The notes below the pieces were generated by a model. It did no database searches. It saw only the letters and a list, made by a program, of their open reading frames with translations, and was not told the origin of the DNA. From contig JAXDQS010000005.1 in NCBI GenBank assembly GCA_034667725.1, positions 96,001 through 160,000 of the forward strand: a stretch of 64,000 bases of DNA, in the 5' to 3' direction. A program made the translations under genes and the position numbers. Origin of the DNA: Thermoplasmata archaeon (lineage in GTDB: Archaea; Thermoplasmatota; E2; JACPAO01; JAHFTW01). Below are positions 28,924 to 38,562 of the stretch, piece by piece (within the stretch, counting starts at the first letter, position 1; each line of letters begins with the position of its first letter).

Positions 28924-29685
28924 ATGGGCGTCCCCGACCCCACCAAGGAACTTGTCAACAAGAAAGGCGTCCGTCTCGACGGGCGGAAGGCGAACGACAT
29001 CCGGCCGATCCACATCGAGGCCGGCGTGCTGCACCGGGCCGACGGCTCGGCGTACCTCGAGTGGGGCAGCAACAAGGTCATCTGCGCGGTCTACGGGCCG
29101 CGCGAGCTGAACCCGAAGCGCTTCCAGGAGTCCGACAAGGCCGTCGTCCAGGTCCGCTACGGCATGAGCGCCTTCAGCACCTCCGACCGCAAGCGCCCCG
29201 GCCCCGACCGCCGCAGCCAGGAGATCAGCAAGGTCATCGCGGACGCGTTCGAGAACGTCGTCCTCACCGAGAAGTACCCGCGCGGCGCCATCGACGTCAA
29301 CATCACCGTGCTGGAGGCCAACGCCGGCACCCGCTGCGCCGCCTTGGCGTGCGCGGCCGTCGCCCTCGCCGACGCGGGCATCCCGATGAAGGGGCTCGTG
29401 TCCGCGGTCGCGGCCGGCAAGGCCAACGAGCACGTCATCCTCGACCTCGACCAGATGGAGGACAACTACGGCAACGCCGACCTCCCCATCGGCGTCAACC
29501 ACACCACCGGCGAGGTCGTGCTGTTCCAGATGGACGGCCACCTCACCCCGGACCAGTTCGAGAAGGCGCTCGACATGGCCGTCGAGGGCAACAAGCTCGT
29601 CGTCGAGGCGCAGCGCAAAGCCCTGCTGGCGCGGTTCAACGCCACCCTCGATTCCGAGGAGAAGGGCGAGAAGGGAGGCCGCTGA
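28924..29685 (+). CDS. rrp41: Exosome exonuclease Rrp41
   Basis: RLDGRK, ADGSAYLEWG, VYGPRE, PGPDRRSQEISK, NAGTR, EDNYGNAD. Confidence 0.95.
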   Translation: MGVPDPTKELVNKKGVRLDGRKANDIRPIHIEAGVLHRADGSAYLEWGSNKVICAVYGPRELNPKRFQESDKAVVQVRYGMSAFSTSDRKRPGPDRRSQEISKVIADAFENVVLTEKYPRGAIDVNITVLEANAGTRCAALACAAVALADAGIPMKGLVSAVAAGKANEHVILDLDQMEDNYGNADLPIGVNHTTGEVVLFQMDGHLTPDQFEKALDMAVEGNKLVVEAQRKALLARFNATLDSEEKGEKGGR

Positions 29686-29686
29686 C

Positions 29687-30520
29687 ATGGAAGACAACCC
29701 CCTGTCGCTCATCAAGAAGGACTTCATCCGCACCCTGGTCCGCGACGGCAAGCGCGAGGACGGCCGCGGCCCCGACGACCACCGCCCCCTGGACATCCAG
29801 GTCGGCTTCGTCAGCCGCGCCCAAGGCTCGGCCCGCATCAAGCTCGGCAAGACCCAGGTCGTCGCCGGCGTCAAGGTGCAGGTCGAGACGCCCTACCCGG
29901 ACACGCCGAACCGTGGCAACTTCATGACCTCGGCCGAGCTGAACCCGATGGCGAGCCCGCACTTCGAGCCCGGCCCGCCCCGCATCGAGGCCATCGAGCT
30001 GGCCCGCGTCACCGACCGCGCCTTGCGCGAGTCGGGCGTCATCGACTTCGAGGCCTTGTGCATCGAGCCCGGCCAGAAGGCCTGGGCGGTGTTCGTGGAC
30101 CTGGAGATCCTGGACTACGACGGCAACCTGTTCGACGCCTGCAGCATCGCGGGCCTGGCGGCGGTGCTGTCGGCCAAGCTGCCGGCGGTCTGCCCCAAGA
30201 CCAAGTACGTCGCCTACGCGGACGGCAAGGACCGCCCGCTGCCGGTGAAGGTCGAGAACGCCACCTTCAGCACGACCTTCGTCAAGCTGGAGGGCAAGAC
30301 CCTGGTCGACCCCCACCTGCACGAGGAGCTCATCGCCGACACCCGCGTCACCTTCGGCCTGGACCCCCAGGGCAACGTCCGCAGCGGCCAGAAGGGCGGC
30401 TACGGCTCCTGGACCGTCGAGGAGCTCAAAGAGTGCCGCCGCAAGGCGCAGAAGCTCGGCACCAAGGTCTTCGACAAGATCCAGAAGGCCGTCAAGACCG
30501 GGCACTACGCCGACAAGTAG
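29687..30520 (+). CDS. rrp42: Exosome subunit Rrp42
   Basis: REDGR, GSARIKLG, PYPDTP, FEPGPP, ELARVTDR, DGNLFDA. Confidence 0.95.
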   Translation: MEDNPLSLIKKDFIRTLVRDGKREDGRGPDDHRPLDIQVGFVSRAQGSARIKLGKTQVVAGVKVQVETPYPDTPNRGNFMTSAELNPMASPHFEPGPPRIEAIELARVTDRALRESGVIDFEALCIEPGQKAWAVFVDLEILDYDGNLFDACSIAGLAAVLSAKLPAVCPKTKYVAYADGKDRPLPVKVENATFSTTFVKLEGKTLVDPHLHEELIADTRVTFGLDPQGNVRSGQKGGYGSWTVEELKECRRKAQKLGTKVFDKIQKAVKTGHYADK

Positions 30521-30530
30521 CCGCACGGCC

Positions 30531-30580
30531 CCTCTCCCCGTCTCTTCCTTCCTTTTCCTTCCTTCTTCCCCATTTTTTGT
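30531..30580 (+). terminator. Pyrimidine-rich/oligo-T archaeal terminator after rrp42
   Basis: CCTCTCCCCGTCTCTTCCTTCCTTTTCCTTCCTTCTTCCCCATTTTTTGT directly after the stop codon. Confidence 0.6.
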
Positions 30581-30657
30581 CCGGCCAGGAGTCGCGGATA
30601 CAGGCAGCAGGCCTTATCGCCAAGCCGGGGGTTTCGGCGGTGTCCTGGAGCCCCAGC

Positions 30658-31662
30658 ATGACGGAACCGAACTGCCGAGCCACCGTTGTGCTGGCCCTCG
30701 CCCTCGTGCTCGCGGCCGCCGCCGGCGGATGCGTCGGACAGGCGCAAGAAGGGGTCGTCCGGCTCGGCTACTTCCCCAACCTGACGCACGCCCAGGCCCT
30801 CCTCGGCACCGCCACCGGCTCCTACCAGGCGGCCTTGGGCGACACCAAGCTGGAGACCTCGGTGTTCAACGCCGGCCCGTCCGCGCTGGAGGCCCTCCTC
30901 GGCGGCCGGGTGGACGTCGTGTACGTCGGCCCGAGCCCGACCATCAACGCCGTCGAGAAGGCTGGCCTCGACAAGCTGGTCGTCATCGCAGGAGCCGCCT
31001 CCGGCGGCGCCCTGTTCGTGCTGCGCGACGGCGTCCGGCTGGAAAGCGACGCGGACTACGCCGGCAAGACGTTCGCGACCCCGCAGCTCGGCAACACCCA
31101 GGACGTCGCGCTCAAGCACCACCTCAAGGAGCACGGCCACACCACCACGGACCAAGGCGGCGACGTCGAGGTCGTCAACGCCCAGAACCCGGACATCGTG
31201 TCCCAGTTCGCGCTCGGCCGCATCGACGGCGCATGGCTTCCCGAGCCCTGGGCAAGCCGCCTGGTGCTGGAGAACGGCGGCCAAGTGTTCCTCGACGAGT
31301 CCGACGCCTGGCCCGGCGGCCGCTTCGTCACCGCCCACATCGTCACCACCCGCGCCTTCCTGGCCAGCCACCGCGCCGACCTGGACCGCCTCCTGGGCGC
31401 CCACCAGAACGCCACCCGCCAGCTCCAGAACGCGACCGCCGCCACCTTGGACGCCGTCAACCGCGGCATCGAGATCGCGACCGGCAAGCGCATCGGGGAC
31501 GCCATCGTCGTGGCGGCCATGCGGAACATCGTGTTCACCGACGACCCGCTCGCGTCGACCTTCGAACGGCAGTACGCCATGTCGAACGAGCTGGGCTTCG
31601 TGGGCCCGCCGCCCGCCGACCTGTCCCGGCTTTGGGACCTGGGCCTGCTGAGGAACCCATGA
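30658..31662 (+). CDS. ABC substrate-binding lipoprotein (SsuA/NitT/TauT family)
   Basis: VRLGYFPNLTHAQA, FNAGP, ATPQLGNTQD, PEPWA. Confidence 0.9.
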   Translation: MTEPNCRATVVLALALVLAAAAGGCVGQAQEGVVRLGYFPNLTHAQALLGTATGSYQAALGDTKLETSVFNAGPSALEALLGGRVDVVYVGPSPTINAVEKAGLDKLVVIAGAASGGALFVLRDGVRLESDADYAGKTFATPQLGNTQDVALKHHLKEHGHTTTDQGGDVEVVNAQNPDIVSQFALGRIDGAWLPEPWASRLVLENGGQVFLDESDAWPGGRFVTAHIVTTRAFLASHRADLDRLLGAHQNATRQLQNATAATLDAVNRGIEIATGKRIGDAIVVAAMRNIVFTDDPLASTFERQYAMSNELGFVGPPPADLSRLWDLGLLRNP

Positions 31663-32414
31663 GCGGCGCACGGGTCACGCTGCGCGGCATCCACCATACC
31701 TTCCAAGGCGCGCGCGGCCACACCGAGGCGGTGCGCGGCATGGACCTGGAGGCCCAGCCCGGCGAGTTCGTCGCCATCGTCGGCCCCAGCGGCTGCGGCA
31801 AGTCCACGCTGCTGCACTTCGTCGCCGGCCTCGACCGCCCCCAGCAGGGCACCGTCGAGGTGGACGGCAAGCCGGTGACCGGGCCGCACGCGTCGCGCAT
31901 CCTGGTGTTCCAGCAGGCGGCGCTGTTCCCCTGGCTGGACGTGGCCGGCAACGTCGGCTTCGGCCTGCGCGCCGCCCGCGTGCCCGGCGCCGAGCGCCAG
32001 CGCCGCGTCGAGGAGGCGCTCGAGCTGGTGGAGCTCAAGGCGTTCGCCCGCGCCCGCGTCCACGAGCTCTCCGGCGGCATGAAGCAGCGGGTCGCGTTGG
32101 CGCGCGCCTTGGTGCTGGAGCCGAGCGTGCTCCTGATGGACGAGCCGTTCGCCGCCTTGGACGCCATGTCGCGCGGCCGGCTGCAGCAGGAGGTGTCGCG
32201 GCTGTGGGAGCGCTCGCGCCCGACCGTGCTGTTCGTCACCCACGACGTCCACGAGGCCGCCATCGTCGCCGACCGCATCGTGGTCATGTCCGCCCGGCCC
32301 GGCCGCGCCATCGCCTCGCTCGACGTGCCGCTGCCCCGCCCCCGCCAGCCCGACGCGCACACCGTCGCCGACGCCGCCAAGGTCGCCCGCCAAGCCTTGC
32401 AGGACGGGACCTGA
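31659..32414 (+). CDS. ABC ATP-binding protein (SsuB/TauB-like)
   Basis: GPSGCGKST, LSGGMKQR, LMDEPF, FVTHD. Confidence 0.92.
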   Translation: MSGARVTLRGIHHTFQGARGHTEAVRGMDLEAQPGEFVAIVGPSGCGKSTLLHFVAGLDRPQQGTVEVDGKPVTGPHASRILVFQQAALFPWLDVAGNVGFGLRAARVPGAERQRRVEEALELVELKAFARARVHELSGGMKQRVALARALVLEPSVLLMDEPFAALDAMSRGRLQQEVSRLWERSRPTVLFVTHDVHEAAIVADRIVVMSARPGRAIASLDVPLPRPRQPDAHTVADAAKVARQALQDGT

Positions 32415-33172
32415 TGCGGCGCATCGTGCTGCCGGCGCTGTTTTTGGCGGTCTTCCTGGCCGCCTGGCACCTGGTCTACCTCAACTCGCCTTGGGACGCC
32501 ACCCAGTTCGCCGGCCCCCGCCAAGTGTGGGACAGCATCGTCCGCCTGTCGTTGGACGGCTCGCTGCGCGTCGGCCTGGAGGCGACCTTGCGGCGCCTGT
32601 TCGCCGGCTTCGCGCTCTCGATGCTGGCGGGCGGCCTGCTTGCCATCGGCATGGCCCGCCTGCGCCCGATGCGGGAAGGCCTCCGGCCGTTCCTGCTCGG
32701 CGCCCAGAGCCTGCCCAGCATCGCCTGGGTGCCGCTGGCCGTGCTGTGGTTCGGCCTGACCGAGGAGGCCATCGTCTTCGTCACCGTCATCGGCAGCGTG
32801 TTCGCCGTCACCATCGCGTTCACGGACGCCTTGAACTCGGTGCCGCCCGACCACGTCCTGGCGGCGCGCAACATGGGCAGCCACGGCCTGGCGTTGGTCA
32901 CCCGCGTGCAGATTCCCGCCGCCCTGCCGCCGCTTCTGTCCGGCACGCGGCAGTGCTGGTCGTTCGCGTGGCGGTCGCTGTTGGGGGCCGAGATCATCAT
33001 CCACACCGTCGGCCTGGGCTTCCTGCTGGACCAAGGCCGCAACTACTTCGACGTGCCGCAAGTCATGGCGGTGATGGCGGTCACGCTGGCGGCCGGGCTG
33101 CTGTTCGAGGTGCTGGTGTTCTCGACGCTGGAGAAGTCGGTGCGGCGCCGCTGGGGACTATCGCGGGACTGA
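32414..33172 (+). CDS. ABC permease (SsuC/TauC-like)
   Basis: QSLPSIAWVPLAVLWFG, AARNMG, AWRSLLGAE. Confidence 0.9.
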   Translation: MRRIVLPALFLAVFLAAWHLVYLNSPWDATQFAGPRQVWDSIVRLSLDGSLRVGLEATLRRLFAGFALSMLAGGLLAIGMARLRPMREGLRPFLLGAQSLPSIAWVPLAVLWFGLTEEAIVFVTVIGSVFAVTIAFTDALNSVPPDHVLAARNMGSHGLALVTRVQIPAALPPLLSGTRQCWSFAWRSLLGAEIIIHTVGLGFLLDQGRNYFDVPQVMAVMAVTLAAGLLFEVLVFSTLEKSVRRRWGLSRD

Positions 33173-33178
33173 TCCGCT

Positions 33179-33562
33179 TCAGTCGGCCAGCTGTTCTTGC
33201 AGCGTGATGAGCATCTCGGTCAGGAGGTCCTCGAACACCGTGTTCTTGTATTCCTTCTGGCCGGACTCGGTCACGGTGCGGGCGATGAAGAAATGGCCTT
33301 CCTTGACGATCTCGATCTGCGCGAGCTGCTGCGGGAAGCCGGACGTCTTGTGGAGGCGCAGCGGCATCTCGCCCTCGGTCATCTGGCGGGGGCCGGCCTT
33401 CGTCGGCGCGGGGGCCTTCTGAGGGGGCGCAGGCGCGGGCGGGGCCGGCGCCTTGGCAGGTGCGGCGGCCTTGGCGGGCGCCTTGGGCGCCGCCTTGTCG
33501 GCCTTGGCCGGCGCCTTGGCAGGTGCGGCGGGCTTGGCGGGCGTCTTCTTGGCGGAGGCCAT
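33179..33562 (-). CDS. Small protein with Lys/Ala/Pro-rich N-terminal tail and acidic globular C-terminus
   Basis: ATG 33562 lies 25 nt after a CTTAAG box; MASAKKTPAKPAAPAK... Confidence 0.7.
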   Translation of the reverse strand: MASAKKTPAKPAAPAKAPAKADKAAPKAPAKAAAPAKAPAPPAPAPPQKAPAPTKAGPRQMTEGEMPLRLHKTSGFPQQLAQIEIVKEGHFFIARTVTESGQKEYKNTVFEDLLTEMLITLQEQLAD

Positions 33563-33609
33563 GGCGAGCCGTGGAAGCCAGCCCCCCTTAAGCCCTTCTG
33601 GGGACGGCT

Positions 33610-34281
33610 TTAGCGCCGGCCCGGCCGGCCCCGCGCCCCTTGGGGCGGGCCGCGCCGGCGGGCGCCCACCTTCTGGCCGGTGCGCGACTTGACGGGGGCC
33701 AGGTCGGCGAACACGCGGCGGATGTTGCGGGCGAACAGGTAGCCGCGGTGCAGGGTGCGGTTCTGGTCCGACTTGAGGGTCTTGACGACGAGGCGCACGC
33801 CTTGGACCTCGCGGACGGTGCCGACGTGGATTTCCTCCTCCGGCGGGACGTCCTCCTCGAAGCTGCGCGTGAGCTCGCCTTGGTTGAGGGTGTAGAGCAG
33901 CCGGACGGTGTCGAACACGACGGCGTACAGGACCTTGATGTCGCGGCCCAAGGCGGAGGTCGGGCGGACGCCGCCGGCCAGCTCGACGGCGGTGACGCGG
34001 ACGCGATGGCCCTCGTGCTCGAACTCGTCGTTGGTGCGGACCCGGCTGTCGAGCGGCACGGCGAGCTGGATGGTGCGCGAGGCGGCGCCTTCGCTCAGGA
34101 TGGCCGGCACCGGGACGTAGCGCTCCTGCTTCGGGGCTGGCAGGGTGCGGGTGGTCTTGCACTCGACGCATTGCACGGTCCAGCCGGAGGCGGCGGCGCG
34201 CAGCACCTCGTGGGGCACCAGGTCGTCGCAGGTGGGGCAGTCGAGCTCGACCAGGTCGACCTCCTCCTCCGTGTCGGTCAT
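33610..34281 (-). CDS. Archaeal zinc-finger protein (HVO_0476-like)
   Basis: CPTC..HEVL..VQCVEC N-terminal Zn ribbon followed by two beta repeats. Confidence 0.8.
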   Translation of the reverse strand: MTDTEEEVDLVELDCPTCDDLVPHEVLRAAASGWTVQCVECKTTRTLPAPKQERYVPVPAILSEGAASRTIQLAVPLDSRVRTNDEFEHEGHRVRVTAVELAGGVRPTSALGRDIKVLYAVVFDTVRLLYTLNQGELTRSFEEDVPPEEEIHVGTVREVQGVRLVVKTLKSDQNRTLHRGYLFARNIRRVFADLAPVKSRTGQKVGARRRGPPQGARGRPGRR

Positions 34282-34478
34282 CAGCGGGCCTCGGCGGTCT
34301 TCTTGAGGTAGGGAAGCCCGGTGCGCTTGTTGAAGGCCAGCGTGTAGCCGGGCGGCATCTCGACGGGGACGCCGGACTTCGGGTTGCGCTGGCTGAAGAA
34401 GTAGATGACCTGCTTGTGGCCGCCCTTGAGGGCGACCTCGCGGGCGTGCAGGGTGTAGCCGTTGTGCTGGAAGGCCAC
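34281..34478 (-). CDS. Small basic hypothetical protein
   Basis: YTLH..V.LKGG..Q.IYFFS...PPGY...N.RTGLPYLK; stop overlaps the next start. Confidence 0.75.
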   Translation of the reverse strand: MAFQHNGYTLHAREVALKGGHKQVIYFFSQRNPKSGVPVEMPPGYTLAFNKRTGLPYLKKTAEAR

Positions 34479-34502
34479 GGCCCGGCCAAAACGAGGGCGG
34501 TC

Positions 34503-35135
34503 TTAGCCTTGCAAGGGCTCGACCCGCGTCCCCGCCGTCGCCTGGAACCACCCCTCCAGCAGAGGATGGGGTTGCGCCGCCGACACACGGATTCGTTCCG
34601 GGATCCGCAGCGTCGCGGCAGCGGCGGCGGGCACGACCACCATCGCCGGCTCGGCCCCCGCCAGCACCAGGTCCACCGTGTCGCCGTGGGCGTCCATCCG
34701 GACCAGGATGCCCGTCAGGTCCCGCGCCGTCGCCGCCGGCGGGGCGCACAGCTCCAGCCGGCCGCCGCCGATGGTCAGCTCGACGCCGCCGCGGTAGCCG
34801 GCCTTGACGGTGGCGCCGCGCAGCACGACGCGGGCGCCGGGCTGCAGGACGGGCTCGCGCAGCAGTTTGGTCTCGTCGTCCCACAGCACCAGCTCGACCT
34901 CGCCGGAGGCGTCCGCGAGGGTGACGCGGCCGAGCAGTCCTTCGCCGCCTTGCTTGCGGCGGTAGGGGCGCACGGTGCCGGCGCGGACGACCTCGGCCTC
35001 CAGGACACCCCATTGGCCGGGGGCAAGGGCCACGACCGCGAGCTGGTGGGGTCCGTCGCCCGCCTCCAGCCGCTCCTGGGTCGCCGCGTCCACCAGCATC
35101 AGGTCCAGCCAGGAGGACCGGGTGGAAAGAACCAT
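34503..35135 (-). CDS. OB-fold (RPA/SSB-like) nucleic-acid-binding protein
   Basis: RPYRRKQGGEGLLGRVTLADASGEVELVLWD...VKAGYRGGVELTIG; start could be 35099. Confidence 0.75.
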   Translation of the reverse strand: MVLSTRSSWLDLMLVDAATQERLEAGDGPHQLAVVALAPGQWGVLEAEVVRAGTVRPYRRKQGGEGLLGRVTLADASGEVELVLWDDETKLLREPVLQPGARVVLRGATVKAGYRGGVELTIGGGRLELCAPPAATARDLTGILVRMDAHGDTVDLVLAGAEPAMVVVPAAAAATLRIPERIRVSAAQPHPLLEGWFQATAGTRVEPLQG

Positions 35136-35162
35136 ACGGCGGGAGCGACCAAACCCAACGCC

Positions 35163-35507
35163 ATGACGACGGAGGAGACCATGTCCAGCGTGCTGGCGCG
35201 CTACGAGTCCCGCGGATTCCGCGGGCAGTTCTCGGCCCGTCCAGGGGCCCAGGTGCGCTGCCTCGGCTGCATGAGGGACCTCCTCCCCTCCGCCGTGGGC
35301 GTGCAGGCCATCCACCGGCTCGAAGGCTCCTCCGACCCCGACGACATGGCCGCCGTCGCCGCCCTGGAGTGCCCCGCCTGCCACCAGAAGGGCACCATCG
35401 TCCTCACCTACGGCCCCAGCGGCTCGCCCAACGACGGCAGCATCCTGAAAGACCTGCACGACGAGCGCGGCCGCGCCGGCAGCTCCGGCCTCGCCCCCGG
35501 CGTCTGA
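35163..35507 (+). CDS. Small Zn-binding hypothetical protein
   Basis: CLGC and CPAC pairs; RLEGSSDPDD; LTYGP. Confidence 0.75.
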   Translation: MTTEETMSSVLARYESRGFRGQFSARPGAQVRCLGCMRDLLPSAVGVQAIHRLEGSSDPDDMAAVAALECPACHQKGTIVLTYGPSGSPNDGSILKDLHDERGRAGSSGLAPGV

Positions 35508-35516
35508 CCACCCACC

Positions 35517-36119
35517 ATGCGCCTGCCCCGCTCGTTCTACGCCCGCGGGGCCGACGTGGTCGCGCGCGAGCTCTTGGGCACGATCCTCGTCCGCCGCACG
35601 CCCGACGGCCTGCGCCGGGCCCGCCTGGTGGAGACCGAGGCCTACGTCGGCCCGCACGACCTGGCCAGCCACGCCCGCTTCGGCCGCACCGCCCGCAACA
35701 GCGTCATGTGGGGCCCGCCCGGCCGCGCCTACGTCTACTTCGTCTATGGCATGCACAACATGCTCAACGTCGTGTGCGCCCCGGAAGGCGACGCCCAGGC
35801 CGTGCTGCTGCGCGCCGCCGAACCCCTCTACGGCTGGACCGCCCGCCTCAACGGCCCCGGCCTCCTGGCCCGCGGCTTCGGCGTGACGCGCGCCGACGAC
35901 GGCGCCGACCTGGTGCGCGGCGGCGACCTGTGGCTGGAGCCCGGCGCGGCCCCCGCGCGCATCGTGGCCGACCGGCGCGTCGGCATCGACTTCGCCGGGC
36001 CGTGGGCGCACGAGCATCTCCGGTTCCTCGACCCGGCGTCGCCGTCCATCTCAAGACACCCGCGGGGTTCGGCGACGCCGTGGACCGCCGCCCGTTCTCC
36101 GGCTCGACCGCCCTCGTGA
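35517..36119 (+). CDS. mpg: 3-methyladenine DNA glycosylase (MPG/AAG family)
   Basis: VARELLG, VETEAY, YVYFVYGMH, AVLLRAAEP, NGPG, RVGI. Confidence 0.93.
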   Translation: MRLPRSFYARGADVVARELLGTILVRRTPDGLRRARLVETEAYVGPHDLASHARFGRTARNSVMWGPPGRAYVYFVYGMHNMLNVVCAPEGDAQAVLLRAAEPLYGWTARLNGPGLLARGFGVTRADDGADLVRGGDLWLEPGAAPARIVADRRVGIDFAGPWAHEHLRFLDPASPSISRHPRGSATPWTAARSPARPPS

Positions 36120-36817
36120 CCGGCGGCGCCCGCCGCCTCGGCCGCGTCCTGGCGCTGCGGCTTGCGGCGCTGGGCTGCGACCTCGTCGTCCACCACCACG
36201 ACTCCGCCGCCGAGGCGTTCGGCCTCGCCTCGGAGCTGCAAGCGCTCGGCGTGCAGGCCACCGTGGCGCAGGCGGACCTCCGCGAGCCGGCCGCCGCCGC
36301 GCGGCTGGTGGAGCAGGCGCGCAAGCAGGCGGGCCGGCCCCTCCGGTTCCTCGTCAACAACGCCAGCGACTTCCCGCCCGTCAAGCTGGAGGCGCTGGAG
36401 TGGCCGGAGCTGGAGGCGACGCTGCGGCTCGACGCCTGGGCGCCGTTCGCGCTGACACGCGCGTTCGTGGCGCAGGCGCCGGCGCACGCCGCGGTCGTGA
36501 ACCTGCTGGACACGCGCATCGCCGACTACGACTGGGAGCACGCCGGCTACTACCTCGCCAAGCGGATGCTGGCGGACCTGACACGGCTGTGCGCCGTCCA
36601 GTTCGCGCCCAAGGCGACCGTGAACGGGGTCGCGCCCGGCCCCGTCAAGATGGGCACCGACCTCGACCACCTCGCCAAGCACCTGCCGATGCGCAAGCTG
36701 CCGCACCCCGACGACGTCGCGGACGCGGCGCTCTACCTGCTGGGCGCGCCGGCCGTGACCGGGCAAGTCCTGCATGTCGATGGCGGCCGGCACTTGGGAC
36801 GCGCCGTGTACGGGTAG
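36080..36817 (+). CDS. SDR oxidoreductase, pteridine reductase/FolM-like
   Basis: TGGARRLG, VNNASDF, YYLAK, VNGVAPG, TGQVLHVDGG. Confidence 0.85.
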   Translation: MDRRPFSGSTALVTGGARRLGRVLALRLAALGCDLVVHHHDSAAEAFGLASELQALGVQATVAQADLREPAAAARLVEQARKQAGRPLRFLVNNASDFPPVKLEALEWPELEATLRLDAWAPFALTRAFVAQAPAHAAVVNLLDTRIADYDWEHAGYYLAKRMLADLTRLCAVQFAPKATVNGVAPGPVKMGTDLDHLAKHLPMRKLPHPDDVADAALYLLGAPAVTGQVLHVDGGRHLGRAVYG

Positions 36818-36860
36818 CCCGAGGCCAAAGGTCATCCCCCCGCGCCGGTTGCCGACCGCG

Positions 36861-37349
36861 ATGGAGCTGAAGGAGGGCGACGTGCTGCCCGAGGTGGGCC
36901 TCGCCACCGCCGTCACGGCGCGCATGGTGGACACCACATTCCTGCGCAGCCGCAAGGTGGTCGTTGTGGTGCACGGCGCCCGGTCCACCGAGGCCCCCAA
37001 GGAGGTCGCCAAGGCGGTGCGGGCGCGCTGGCCAAGCCACGAGGAGGTCGTGCTGGTGTCCGTCGTGGACCTGCGGCCGTTCGGCGGCTTGTGGAAGCGG
37101 GTCGCGGAGGCGCAGCTCAAGGCCAGCTACGAGCGGCTCGCGGCCAAGGCGAAGGAGGCGGGGCTGCCGCCGGAGGAGCACGTGCTGGTGTGCCCCGACT
37201 GGGAGGGCACGGTGGCGGCCCGGCTGGGCGCGCCCAACGCGGACCAGGAGCCCGTCGCCATCGTCGCCGGCCACGACCTGCGGGTGCGGGCCGTGTGCAA
37301 AGGTCCCCAGATGGCCGAGGGCGTCGTGGCGGCGCTGGCGGCCGACTGA
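36861..37349 (+). CDS. Thioredoxin-like-fold hypothetical protein
   Basis: LKEGDVLP start and DWEGTVA motif as in redoxin-like folds; no CxxC. Confidence 0.55.
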   Translation: MELKEGDVLPEVGLATAVTARMVDTTFLRSRKVVVVVHGARSTEAPKEVAKAVRARWPSHEEVVLVSVVDLRPFGGLWKRVAEAQLKASYERLAAKAKEAGLPPEEHVLVCPDWEGTVAARLGAPNADQEPVAIVAGHDLRVRAVCKGPQMAEGVVAALAAD

Positions 37350-37403
37350 ACCCCCACCGCCGCGACCCAAGCGGTTTAGGGCAAGGCGAGGGTTCCCAAC
37401 GGC

Positions 37404-38561
37404 ATGAGAGACGTCTGCGTCGTCGGCGTGGGGACCACCAAGTACGGCCGCCACGACCTTGCCGCCCGCGAGCTGATGGCATCGGCCGCCCAGGCCGCCA
37501 TCGCGTCGGCGGGCATCGACCCCGCCAAGCTCCAGTCGGGCTTCTTCGGCAACGCCTTCGGGGTCGCGGAGAAGCAGGGCCACCTCGGCCCGCTCATCAT
37601 GAGCGCCTTGGGCCTCGACTCGGTGCCGGCCACCGTGGTCGAGACCGCGTGCGCCTCCGGCGGCACGGCGTTCCACCACGGCTACCGCGAGGTCGCCGGC
37701 GGCTTCTCGGACGCGGTGCTGGTGGGCGGCGTCGAGCGCGTCTCGATGCTGGACACCTTGACGGCGACGACCTACTTCGCCTACGGCTCCGACTACACCT
37801 ACGAAGGCGGCACCGGCTGCTCGTTCCCAGGCCTCTACGCCACCATGGCGCGCGGCTACTTCCAGCGGCACGGCGCCACCGAGCAGGACCTCGCCGCGGT
37901 CGCCATCAAGAACCACGCCAACGCCGTCCACAACCCCGTCGCGCACCTGCAGAAGGCGATCACGCTGGAGGACGTCATGGGCAGCATGAAGGTCGCGGAT
38001 CCCCTCAAGCTCTACGACGCCTGCCCGTTCTCGGACGGCGCCGCCGCGGCCATCCTGTGCAGCGAGGAGATGGCGCGGGAATTGACGGACACGCCAGTCT
38101 ACATCGAGGCCTCCGAGCGCCGCGGCAGCATCGCGAGCCTGCACGACCGCGAGGATTTGACCAGCCTGCCCGGCGCCGTCGAGGCGTCCCGCGTCGCGCT
38201 CGCCAAGGCCAAGGTCGGCCTGGACGACGTCGACTTCTTCGAGGTCCACGACTGCTTCACCATCGCCGAGATCGTTGCCTCCGAGGACATCGGCCTGTTC
38301 AAGCGCGGCACCGGCGCCAAGGAGGCAGTCGCGGGCACCACGGCCCTCGGCGGCCGGCGCCCCATCAACCCGAGCGGCGGCCTCAAGGCCAAGGGCCACC
38401 CGGTCGGCGCCACCGGCGTCGGCCAGGTCGTCGAGGTCTACGAGCAACTGCTCGGCGAGGCTGGCGGCCGGCAACTGGACGAGCCCCTGCGCGGCATGAC
38501 CCACAACGTGGGCGCCACCGGCGGCACCGTCGTCGTCAACATCCTGGCCCGGAGGAACTAG
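37404..38561 (+). CDS. Thiolase (acetyl-CoA acetyltransferase), archaeal type
   Basis: ETACASG, EVHDCF, NPSGGLKAKGHPVGATG. Confidence 0.93.
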   Translation: MRDVCVVGVGTTKYGRHDLAARELMASAAQAAIASAGIDPAKLQSGFFGNAFGVAEKQGHLGPLIMSALGLDSVPATVVETACASGGTAFHHGYREVAGGFSDAVLVGGVERVSMLDTLTATTYFAYGSDYTYEGGTGCSFPGLYATMARGYFQRHGATEQDLAAVAIKNHANAVHNPVAHLQKAITLEDVMGSMKVADPLKLYDACPFSDGAAAAILCSEEMARELTDTPVYIEASERRGSIASLHDREDLTSLPGAVEASRVALAKAKVGLDDVDFFEVHDCFTIAEIVASEDIGLFKRGTGAKEAVAGTTALGGRRPINPSGGLKAKGHPVGATGVGQVVEVYEQLLGEAGGRQLDEPLRGMTHNVGATGGTVVVNILARRN

Positions 38562-38562
38562 C

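Noticed and set aside
26652-30520. Proteasome-SBDS-exosome co-location as a novelty
   Set aside because: Well-known conserved archaeal superoperon
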